This document shows, piece after piece, positions 9,983 through 17,498 of a stretch of DNA of 64,000 nucleotides. The notes beneath the pieces were generated by a model. That model did no database searches. It had not been told where the DNA came from and worked only from the letters and a program-made list of their open reading frames with translations. A program made the translations under genes and the position numbers. Origin of the DNA: Candidatus Ruminococcus intestinipullorum (GTDB lineage: Bacteria > Bacillota > Clostridia > Lachnospirales > Lachnospiraceae); assembly GCA_018883985.1 (NCBI GenBank), contig JAHLFA010000084.1, positions 39,701 through 103,700 on the forward strand, given 5' to 3'. Every line of letters starts with the position of its first letter. The stretch's first letter is position 1.

Positions 9983-10423
9983 ATGCTGAGCATCTATCTG
10001 GGGCAAATGGAAGAGGCAATCTATTATCCGCCTGCTTATTTTAATAATACGTATGATGATGAGTGGATCACAGATCCCCTGACTGTAGAAATGATAAAAG
10101 ATGTAGATAAATCAGAAGTCATCGGTCCTCATCTTATAGAGAGTCCTGTATTGGGCCCGATTTCTGTAAAAGAGATATCAGGCGGTGTAAAAACATTGAT
10201 CTTGATGGCTTTTGATGATTCAGGAAGAATTTTTAATGCATCCGCTTGTGGCAACAATTGTGCGAAATGGATTCTGGAAATCGGAAAAAGGAAGGATCTG
10301 ACAATTAATCTGCGGCATATTATGAATTTTGGAAAAGAGCCTTTTGAAATCAAAATTCTTAACAATGGGGAAATGGTTCAGGATCTTGATCGTTTTATAG
10401 CGGTGGCCGCTAAGTACGTGTAG
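9983..10423 (+). CDS. DUF4869-like protein (copy 1)
   Basis: 'YFNNTYDDEWITD...MIKDVDKS...SPVLG...ISGGVKTLILM...FNASACGNNCAKW'; GGAGG RBS; paralogue at 33034. Confidence 0.75.
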   Translation: MLSIYLGQMEEAIYYPPAYFNNTYDDEWITDPLTVEMIKDVDKSEVIGPHLIESPVLGPISVKEISGGVKTLILMAFDDSGRIFNASACGNNCAKWILEIGKRKDLTINLRHIMNFGKEPFEIKILNNGEMVQDLDRFIAVAAKYV

Positions 10424-10431
10424 GTGAGAAG

Positions 10432-10890
10432 ATGACGGGAAAGCATAAGATTATTGTAAAAAACAACAGGCTTTATTACGAGCTTGAAATAGAAGAAAAA
10501 ATAACCATAATCCGTGGAGACAGTGCAACAGGAAAAACAACACTCATTGATATGATATGGCAGGCACGGCATTATGAAGATTCCAGCGGAATAGAGCTGA
10601 TCAGTGAAGTCCCATGCAAAGTATTGTACAGGGATAACTGGAAGTGGTCTGTGGAGGAGGCAGCAGATACTATATTTTTTATTGATGACGGAAATGTTTT
10701 TGTCACTACAGAAGAGTTCGCGGATGCTGTAAAAAGAAGCGACAGTTATTTTGTCATTGTTATCAGAGAAAATCTGTATCATCTTCCGTATAGCACAGAT
10801 GAAATATATGGGCTGCGCTGTTCCGGACGATATCGTGACACAAAAAGGATGTATCAGCAGATGTATCGGCTGGGTCCGGCGGAAGCTTAG
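10432..10890 (+). CDS. P-loop ATPase, probably C-terminally truncated
   Basis: Walker A 'IRGDSATGKTT' and Walker B-like 'IFFIDDG'; only 152 aa, followed by gene debris. Confidence 0.65.
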   Translation: MTGKHKIIVKNNRLYYELEIEEKITIIRGDSATGKTTLIDMIWQARHYEDSSGIELISEVPCKVLYRDNWKWSVEEAADTIFFIDDGNVFVTTEEFADAVKRSDSYFVIVIRENLYHLPYSTDEIYGLRCSGRYRDTKRMYQQMYRLGPAEA

Positions 10891-10966
10891 GATTGCACTT
10901 CAATATAAATTCAGTAAATCAGGTGGATGAAGCATCTTAAAGAGTCAAGCAGAGGATGTGTCTTAT

Positions 10967-11297
10967 GGATATGAGTTTCAGATAAATTATGACGATACAA
11001 AAAAGCCTATATTTCGTTCAGACAGATATCAGTTTACGGTGGTGATGTCAAATCTGAATTATGATGTCCCTCAGAATGTCCCCCGGATGTCCCTCAGAAT
11101 GTCCCCCCCCCCAGGATAATATGGAGGATCAGATTATTGGCTTAATTCAAAAAAACAACAAGATGAGCACAGAAAAGATGGCTATGATTTTAGGCGTGAG
11201 TTCTAAGACGGTAAAACGCCGTATAAAACAAATGGATCACGTAAATTATATTGGACGGGGATCAAATGGCCATTGGGAGATTTCAGAGGAGAAGTGA
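10967..11297 (+). pseudogene. C-terminal fragment of an AlbA_2/ATPase-HTH gene
   Basis: Nearly identical in parts to 22601-22939 (GYEFQINYD..KKP.FRSDRYQFTVVM.NLNYDV; MDHVNYIGRGSNGHW); frameshifted within a tandem-repeat/poly-C linker. Confidence 0.75.
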
Positions 11298-11306
11298 TAG
11301 TCCACT

Positions 11307-11560
11307 TTTTAGATCAACTCCAACCTCTTTTTTGTTATTCTTTATAATTTGAATTATAATGTTCCAGAAAAAGAGGTGTTAATTGATCCGGAAAAGGTGT
11401 TAATTGATCCGAAAAAAGCGTTAATTGATTTGGAAAAAATTTCAATTCATAATGCTATTGATAAACTGAATGCGAACCAGGCAGCAAAGAAAAAGCAAAT
11501 CTTTTGTTTGAGAAAATGGGATTTGATAAGATTTTTGGAAGAAAAGAGATTATGGAAAAT
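11307..11560 (+). pseudogene. Second, divergent C-terminal fragment of an AlbA_2/ATPase-type gene with 21-bp repeats
   Basis: 'FRSTPTSFFVILYNLNYNVPEK' aligns with 'FRSDRYQFTVVMSNLNYDVPQ'; three GTTAATTGAT-containing 21-bp units at 11362-11436. Confidence 0.55.
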
Positions 11561-11599
11561 ATCAATTTGTAAGACAAAAATGAAGTGGTCGAAAAAACG

Positions 11600-11628
11600 T
11601 AGACAAACTGACCATTACACGGTATAGT
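11600..11628 (+). promoter_or_regulatory. sigma70-type promoter of the conserved non-coding element (copy 1)
   Basis: TAGACA-N17-TATAGT; both boxes are identical in copy 2 (23079-23107), with changes only in the spacer. Confidence 0.7.
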
Positions 11629-11634
11629 ATAGAT

Positions 11635-11892
11635 AGTAAATCTGATCAATTGAATATTGTATATCATTCCTGCTAAGGCGGGCATGGTAGCCGATCCTTT
11701 AGGAAGCCGTTGACAGTAAGCCGAACACCTTTTATTAGCCGCAGCCAATATCCGGCTAATATCTACCGGTTGTTCTGGGTTTACAGTGGCTGACAGCAAT
11801 TGACCAGAAACGATTTGAACTGTAGTAAAAGACCTTTTATTGCGAGCCTTGCGTGAACTGAACATGACTTGGATTGACAGTGGTCAGGAGAC
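11635..11892 (+). ncRNA. Candidate structured non-coding RNA / attR arm (copy 1)
   Basis: About 90% identical to 23114-23371 with no indels; several hairpins; compensatory pair T11776-A11806 vs C23255-G23285; no credible + strand ORF. Confidence 0.5.
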
Positions 11893-11934
11893 CTCCTAAG
11901 CGAGGGGTCAGAGGTTCAAATCCTCCCGGAGACG
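11893..11934 (+). tRNA. 3' half of a tRNA-Arg(CCT) (att site remnant 1)
   Basis: CT-CCT-AA loop, GCGAG, GGGTC, T-arm AGAGG-TTCAAAT-CCTCC, acceptor strand CGGAGAC-G; no D-arm or 5' acceptor strand upstream. Confidence 0.8.
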
Positions 11935-12020
11935 CTAGGCAAAGGCGGAAATGCAGTGGTTTTGATTGACTCACGTGCGTCCGCCTTTTGTTAGCAGAAA
12001 GGCAAATATCTCATGATAAT

Positions 12021-12254
12021 TGCCACCAATTGATGGCAGAAATCAAGACAAATGCCACCAAATATATCGAAATGCCACCAGCATTTTGAAAGGTTAATTG
12101 CCACCAAATGGGAAGAGCCTTTTGGAAAGTGATTATTAGGTCTGTCAATCGGAGTAACTATTAGCTTTTGTAGAAATCAAGAAAGAGAAAGCATAATATC
12201 TGCCACCAACTGTTAGCAGGAAACAATTTCATTTTGATGACACTGCCATCACCA
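12021..12254. repeat. TGCCACCA repeat cluster, putative integrase arm-binding sites
   Basis: Direct copies at 12021, 12053, 12073, 12099, 12201, a variant at 12244 and an inverted variant TGATGGCA at 12031. Confidence 0.7.
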
Positions 12255-12350
12255 ACGATCGACAAGCTCGTTTGGTTCGAATCAATCTTTAGCAAGAATG
12301 ATTTGGACTGAACGAGCTTTTTTGTCGTTCACAAAAGAAAGGAGTTACAG

Positions 12351-12521
12351 ATGTCAGAAGAAATAATGAACATTGGATCTGCAGAGGGAGATCAGGTATT
12401 GGAACTGGATATTAATCGGTTAAGAGCTTTCAAGAACCATCCATTTAAAGTGACTGCTGACATGAGCAATCCTGAAATGGCTGCTCTTCTATCCTCTCTT
12501 GCAAAAAGTATGCAGAAATAG
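12351..12521 (+). pseudogene. In-frame deletion scar: ParB-like N-terminus fused to an integrase C-terminal tail (56 aa)
   Basis: MSEEIMNIGSAEGDQVLELDINRLRAFKNHPFKVTAD (ParB-like 'F..HPFKV') joined to MSNPEMAALLSSLAKSMQK*, compare the intact integrase end 'ADPEMAALLVSMASKM'; AAGGAG RBS. Confidence 0.65.
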
Positions 12522-12540
12522 TTGTGAATTATATATTTTC

Positions 12541-12570
12541 TTGACGAATTTCTATTTTTTATAGTACAAT
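12541..12570 (+). promoter_or_regulatory. sigma70-type promoter of the polyamine operon
   Basis: TTGACG-N18-TACAAT; a related sequence is present at 18816-18844. Confidence 0.6.
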
Positions 12571-12576
12571 ACATTA

Positions 12577-12965
12577 TGTATTCGAGACAAGATATTGGGA
12601 CATGATTACCCAAAGAGTCTTAAAAGCGATTATTACGGACCACTCTGATTTCAGAGTTAAGGCCATACGGACAGCCGGGTCCACTGCCGACAGGCGATTT
12701 TTCGCCTTATTGATTGAGTTAAAAGCTCAGTTTTATAAGTTGGTTACTTTATAACCGAAATGCGTGAATTACGCAAACTTGTGAAATGGTCAATAAAGAG
12801 TAGTAAAAGTTATTCTTGCTATATAGACTCTAAGTACCCTATATCAACTCTGATATAACAGACGATATCCTTTTTGAAATCGTTTGGTTTGTAGTTTTAT
12901 GTTACGGTAATACAAAAATCAGATTGTGATACAAAACAGGTTGTGTAATGCAGCCTGTTTTTTTT
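12577..12965 (+). promoter_or_regulatory. Long structured 5' leader with attenuator-type terminator; candidate ldcC-motif RNA
   Basis: Many hairpins (ACTCTGA/TCAGAGT, AGGCGA/TCGCCT, GGTTA/TAACC, TGCGT/ACGCA), long-range AGAGTCT/AGACTCT and GACCA/TGGTC, and terminator AAAACAGGTTGT..GCAGCCTGTTTTTTTTT 21 nt before the ATG. Gene context matches that reported for the ldcC motif. Confidence 0.6.
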
Positions 12966-12986
12966 GTTTGTGAGGTGAAAACGAAT

Positions 12987-14444
12987 ATGAAAAATATAAC
13001 AAAACCAGATCAAAGCCGTGCGCCAATTTATGAAGCGCTTCAGACTTTTCGACACATGAGGGTGGTTCCCTTTGATGTTCCGGGTCATAAGCACGGAAGG
13101 GGAAATCCGGAACTTACTGCTTTTCTTGGAGAGCAGTGTGTAAGTATTGATGTAAACAGTATGAAACCGCTGGATAATCTGTGCCATCCGGTTTCCGTTA
13201 TTCACGAGGCTGAACTGCTTGCTGCAGATGCTTTTGGAGCATCGCACGCTTTTTTAATGGTAGGCGGGACAACTAGCGCTGTACAGAGCATGGTTCTGTC
13301 TGTATGTAAACGGGGAGATAAAATCATTTTGCCACGCAATGTACATAGAAGTGTTATCAATGCATTGGTATTGTGTGGTGCAAATCCAGTGTATGTAAAT
13401 CCAGAGGTGAATTGTCATCTGGGAATTTCTCTTGGGATGCAGCGAGGGCAAGTTGCCAAAGCAATTTCTGAAAATCCGGATGCAGTTGCAGTATTAGTAA
13501 ACAATCCTACTTATTATGGTATATGTAGCGATTTGAGAGCAATTGTGAAAATGGCGCATGAGGCAGGGATGTATTGTATTGCAGATGAAGCGCATGGTAC
13601 ACATTTTTATTTCGGGGAAGATATGCCTGTTTCGGCGATGGAAGCCGGTGCTGATATGGCTGCGGTATCCATGCATAAAAGTGGAGGAAGTTTAACTCAG
13701 TCAAGCCTTCTCTTGACGGGACCGAATATCAATCCAGGTCATGTCAGACAGATTATCAACCTGACACAAACGACATCCGGAAGTTATCTTTTGATGTCCA
13801 GTCTGGACATCAGCAGACGAAATCTTGCACTCCGAGGGAAGGAAGTATTTGCTGGTGTTGTGGACATGGCAGACTATGCCAGAAAGGAAATCAATGCTGT
13901 CGGTGGGTATTATGCTTTTGGAAGCGAACTTATTAACGGAAATTCCGTGTTTGATTTTGATCCTACAAAATTAAGTGTACATACCAGAGATATCGGTCTT
14001 GCAGGAATTGAAGTATATGATATTCTGCGAGACGAATATGATATTCAGATTGAATTTGGAGATATCGGAAATATCCTTGCTTATTTATCTATCGGAGATC
14101 GTATGAGTGATCTGGAAAGATTGGTGAGTGCCCTTGCTGAAATTCGCAGGAGATATCAGACAGACAGCAGCGGGCTTCTCAGTCAGGAATATATTTCGCC
14201 TGAGGTTGTAACAAGTCCTCAGGAAGCATTTTATTCCGGAAAAAGGAGTATCCCTCTGGAAGAAAGTATCGGTTGTGTCTGCAGTGAGTTTGTCATGTGT
14301 TATCCACCGGGGATTCCAATCCTGGCTCCAGGTGAGAGGATTACGAAAGAAATCCTTGATTATATTCAATATGCCAAAATAAAAGGATGCTCTATGACTG
14401 GACCGGAGGACCCGGAAATCATGAATATTAATGTTTTGGAATAA
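12987..14444 (+). CDS. speA: PLP-dependent Arg/Lys/Orn decarboxylase (Bacillus SpeA-type), probably arginine decarboxylase
   Basis: 'FDVPGHK', 'PRNVHRS', 'DEAHG', PLP lysine in 'SMHKS', 'YPPGIP'; GAGGTG RBS before ATG 12987. Confidence 0.88.
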   Translation: MKNITKPDQSRAPIYEALQTFRHMRVVPFDVPGHKHGRGNPELTAFLGEQCVSIDVNSMKPLDNLCHPVSVIHEAELLAADAFGASHAFLMVGGTTSAVQSMVLSVCKRGDKIILPRNVHRSVINALVLCGANPVYVNPEVNCHLGISLGMQRGQVAKAISENPDAVAVLVNNPTYYGICSDLRAIVKMAHEAGMYCIADEAHGTHFYFGEDMPVSAMEAGADMAAVSMHKSGGSLTQSSLLLTGPNINPGHVRQIINLTQTTSGSYLLMSSLDISRRNLALRGKEVFAGVVDMADYARKEINAVGGYYAFGSELINGNSVFDFDPTKLSVHTRDIGLAGIEVYDILRDEYDIQIEFGDIGNILAYLSIGDRMSDLERLVSALAEIRRRYQTDSSGLLSQEYISPEVVTSPQEAFYSGKRSIPLEESIGCVCSEFVMCYPPGIPILAPGERITKEILDYIQYAKIKGCSMTGPEDPEIMNINVLE

Positions 14445-14458
14445 GGAGGGTTTGATCA

Positions 14459-15310
14459 TTGGAACTATGGTTTAGCGAATTTCATGCACCGGATGTGAAA
14501 CACAGTATCCGTGTAAACCGCCATCTGTATTCGCACAAAAGTGATTATCAGCAAATTGATATTTTCGATACACCGGAATTTGGCCGTGTGCTTGCACTTG
14601 ACGGAAATGTGATGCTGACAGAAAGAGATGAATTTATCTATGATGAAATGATCACGCATGTTCCGATGGCAGTGCATCCGCATGTAAAAGATGTTCTCGT
14701 CATTGGAGCCGGAGATGGTGGTGTTGTCAAAGAACTTACCAGATATGACTGCATTGAAAAAATTGATCTGGTGGAGATGGATGTTCAGGTAATCGAAGCC
14801 TGCAGGACTTATCTTCCGGAAAATGCATGCCGTCTGGATGACCCGCGGGTACATATATTTTTTGATAATGCACTGCGATTTATCAGACGGTGTACATCCG
14901 AATACGACTTGATCATCGTAGATTCGATGGATCCTTTCGGACCATCTGAAGGATATTTTACCAGAGAATTTTATGGTATCTGTTTCAATGCTCTTCGGGA
15001 AGACGGTATTATGGTTAATCAGCAGGGGAGCCCATTCTATAAGCATGATGCCGATGAAATGAAAAGATGCCATAAACGTATTGTAAGTACTTTCCCGATC
15101 AGCAGAGTATATCAGGCCCATATTCCTACATATGCTGCCGGATACTGGCTTTTTGGCTTTGCCAGCAAAAAATATCATCCGATTGATGATTTTAATGCCG
15201 CCGGCTGGAAACAGCTGAATCTGAACACAGAGTATTACACGACCAGATTACATATCGGGGCATTTTATCTTCCGGCATTTCTGGAAAAAATGTTAAAGGA
15301 GGTAGAATAG
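14459..15310 (+). CDS. speE: Polyamine aminopropyltransferase (spermidine synthase)
   Basis: 'DEFIYDEMITH', 'VLVIGAGDGG', 'YDLIIVDSMDP'; TTG start with AAGGAGG. Confidence 0.92.
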   Translation: MELWFSEFHAPDVKHSIRVNRHLYSHKSDYQQIDIFDTPEFGRVLALDGNVMLTERDEFIYDEMITHVPMAVHPHVKDVLVIGAGDGGVVKELTRYDCIEKIDLVEMDVQVIEACRTYLPENACRLDDPRVHIFFDNALRFIRRCTSEYDLIIVDSMDPFGPSEGYFTREFYGICFNALREDGIMVNQQGSPFYKHDADEMKRCHKRIVSTFPISRVYQAHIPTYAAGYWLFGFASKKYHPIDDFNAAGWKQLNLNTEYYTTRLHIGAFYLPAFLEKMLKEVE

Positions 15311-15311
15311 T

Positions 15312-16166
15312 GTGAAACAAAATATCGAAACTTTTATTGGCTGTGATTGTGAATACAAGGATGCAAAAACGGTTTTGTTTGGTGCACCTTTTGATTCTAC
15401 TACAAGTTTCCGTCCGGGAGCCAGATTTGGTTCGTCAGCAATCAGACACGAAAGCTTCGGACTGGAAACATATAGCCCGTATCAGGACAAGGACTTGACA
15501 GAGTATCAAGTATTTGACAGTGGAGATTTAGAACTTTGTTTTGGAAATTCTAAAGCTGCTCTTTCTGATATTGAGGACAGAACCAGACAGATTTTACAGG
15601 ATGAAAAGTTTCCATTGATGATTGGTGGAGAGCACCTTGTGACACTGGGGGCTGTAAGGGCTGTTCTTGAGAAATACCCAGACCTTCATATTGTGCATTT
15701 TGATGCACATACAGACCTTAGGAATGATTATCTGGGAACAGAGTTAAGTCATGCCTGTGTCATGAGAAGGTGTCATGATCTTCTGGGTGACGGCCGGATC
15801 CATCAATTTTGTATTCGAAGTGGTGAGCGGGAAGAATTCGAATTTGCAAAAATACATACAGATATCCATCCCTTTGGCTTTGATGGTCTTCCAGAGCTTA
15901 TAAATCATTTAAGAAAATCTTCAATTCCGGTATATTTTACCATTGACCTGGATTGTCTTGACCCATCTGTTTTTCCGGGCACAGGAACCCCGGAAGCAGG
16001 CGGTGTCACATTTATGCATCTTTTATCTGCAATTCTGACGGTTTGCCAGAGCAGAATTGTGGGTGCCGATATTAACGAGCTTGCACCTATGCTTGACCAG
16101 AGCGGTGTATCTACTGCGACTGCATGCAAAGTGCTGCGTGAGCTTTTGTTAGCACTCAATCCATAA
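15312..16166 (+). CDS. speB: Agmatinase (ureohydrolase)
   Basis: 'RPGARFG', 'GGEH', 'HFDAHTD', 'IDLDCLDP..FPGTGTPEAGG'. Confidence 0.92.
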   Translation: MKQNIETFIGCDCEYKDAKTVLFGAPFDSTTSFRPGARFGSSAIRHESFGLETYSPYQDKDLTEYQVFDSGDLELCFGNSKAALSDIEDRTRQILQDEKFPLMIGGEHLVTLGAVRAVLEKYPDLHIVHFDAHTDLRNDYLGTELSHACVMRRCHDLLGDGRIHQFCIRSGEREEFEFAKIHTDIHPFGFDGLPELINHLRKSSIPVYFTIDLDCLDPSVFPGTGTPEAGGVTFMHLLSAILTVCQSRIVGADINELAPMLDQSGVSTATACKVLRELLLALNP

Positions 16167-16238
16167 TATCGGTGTATATGCTGGAAAAGAGGATTTTTTA
16201 TAACAATTATCAAGATACAAGAAAAGGAGAAATGAAAC

Positions 16239-17498
16239 ATGAGTAGAGTATTAATTATTGGATGTGGCGGAGTTGCCAATGTTGCAATCAGAAAATGCTG
16301 TCAGGTTAGTGATGTATTTTCTGAAATTTGTATTGCCAGCAGAACAAAATCCAAATGTGATGCGTTGGCAGAATCACTTAAGGACAAAACATCTACAAAA
16401 ATTGAAACTGCAGAGGTGAATGCTGATAACGTACAGGAGATTATAGATCTGATCCATTCTTATCATCCGGATCTCGTAATGAATATTGCGCTTCCATATC
16501 AGGATCTCACCATTATGGATGCCTGCCTTGCATGTGGAGTCAACTATATGGATACTGCCAATTATGAGCCAGAGGATACAGATGATCCGGCCTGGAGAGA
16601 AATCTATGAAAAACGATGCAAAGAACAGGGATTTTCTGCATATTTCGATTACAGCTGGCAGTGGGCATATCGTGAAAAATTTGAGAAAGCCGGACTTACA
16701 GCACTTCTTGGCTGTGGCTTTGATCCTGGCGTGACACAGGCTTATTGTGCTTATGCAAAAAAACATGAATTTGACACAATTGATACCATTGATATCCTTG
16801 ACTGTAATGGTGGTGACCATGGATATCCTTTTGCAACTAATTTTAATCCGGAAGTAAATTTAAGAGAAGTGTCCGCTCCGGGAAGTTATTGGGAAGATGA
16901 CCATTGGGTAGAGATTCCTGCCATGAGTGTTAAGCGCGAATACGAATTTGACAGTGTCGGCCAGAAAGATATGTATCTTCTTCATCACGAAGAAATCGAA
17001 TCGCTGGCTCTCAATATTCCGGAAGTGAAAAGAATCCGTTTCTTTATGACATTTGGACAAAGCTATCTCACACATATGAAATGTCTTGAAAATGTAGGGA
17101 TGCTGTCTACTACGCCAGTGAATTTTGAAGGACAGGAAATTGTACCGATTAAATTTTTAAAAGCCCTTTTACCAGATCCTGCAAGCCTTGGACCTCGTAC
17201 GCATGGAAAAACAAATATTGGATGTATTTTTACCGGAAAGAAAGATGGTCAGGAAAAGAAATACCATATTTATAATGTATGTGATCATCAGGAATGCTAT
17301 CGTGAGGTAGAAAGCCAGGCAATCAGCTACACAACAGGAGTACCTGCAATGTGTGGAGCATTAATGCTGCTTACCGGAAAATGGGATAAAAAAGGTGTCC
17401 ACACTGTAGAAGAATTTGACCCGGATCCGTTCCTTGACGCACTGGACAAATACGGACTTCCACGTCGTGAAAACCATAATCCGATTTTGGTGGATTAA
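16239..17498 (+). CDS. Carboxy(nor)spermidine dehydrogenase (saccharopine dehydrogenase family)
   Basis: 'IIGCGGV', 'ALPYQDLTIMDAC', 'GCGFDPG', 'FATNFNPE'; adjacent to nspC. Confidence 0.9.
   Translation: MSRVLIIGCGGVANVAIRKCCQVSDVFSEICIASRTKSKCDALAESLKDKTSTKIETAEVNADNVQEIIDLIHSYHPDLVMNIALPYQDLTIMDACLACGVNYMDTANYEPEDTDDPAWREIYEKRCKEQGFSAYFDYSWQWAYREKFEKAGLTALLGCGFDPGVTQAYCAYAKKHEFDTIDTIDILDCNGGDHGYPFATNFNPEVNLREVSAPGSYWEDDHWVEIPAMSVKREYEFDSVGQKDMYLLHHEEIESLALNIPEVKRIRFFMTFGQSYLTHMKCLENVGMLSTTPVNFEGQEIVPIKFLKALLPDPASLGPRTHGKTNIGCIFTGKKDGQEKKYHIYNVCDHQECYREVESQAISYTTGVPAMCGALMLLTGKWDKKGVHTVEEFDPDPFLDALDKYGLPRRENHNPILVD

Larger units (their letters stand above)
3180..11902. mobile_element. Integrative mobilisable element A; left end not identified, right end at the tRNA-Arg core at 11893
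   Basis: Contains relaxase, MobC, oriT-like region, excisionase and an intact tyrosine integrase, and ends at a tRNA 3'-half. The left boundary is a guess and may lie further upstream. Confidence 0.7.

Noticed and set aside
11455-11865. Homologous minus-strand ORFs (136 aa here, 117 aa at 22925-23278) over the conserved non-coding element
   Set aside because: Start and stop positions differ, many changes are non-synonymous, there is no RBS, and they run against the conserved promoter. The similarity follows from the DNA duplication.
11635-11934. Group I intron in tRNA-Arg(CCT), tmRNA, RNase P, SRP or T-box interpretation
   Set aside because: There is no 5' tRNA exon, the anticodon loop is uninterrupted, and I could not find the hallmark motifs of these RNAs.
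12021-12254. CRISPR array (also considered for 11362-11436, 19250-19428 and 25156-25313)
   Set aside because: Repeats are short (6-21 bp), either irregularly spaced or directly tandem, lack unique spacers of uniform length, and there are no cas genes.
12948-12986. Upstream ATG for the decarboxylase
   Set aside because: It lies inside the terminator hairpin; the RBS supports ATG 12987.
14465-15178. 237-aa antisense ORF and similar shadow ORFs across the window
   Set aside because: They lie opposite well-supported genes and have no motifs or RBS.
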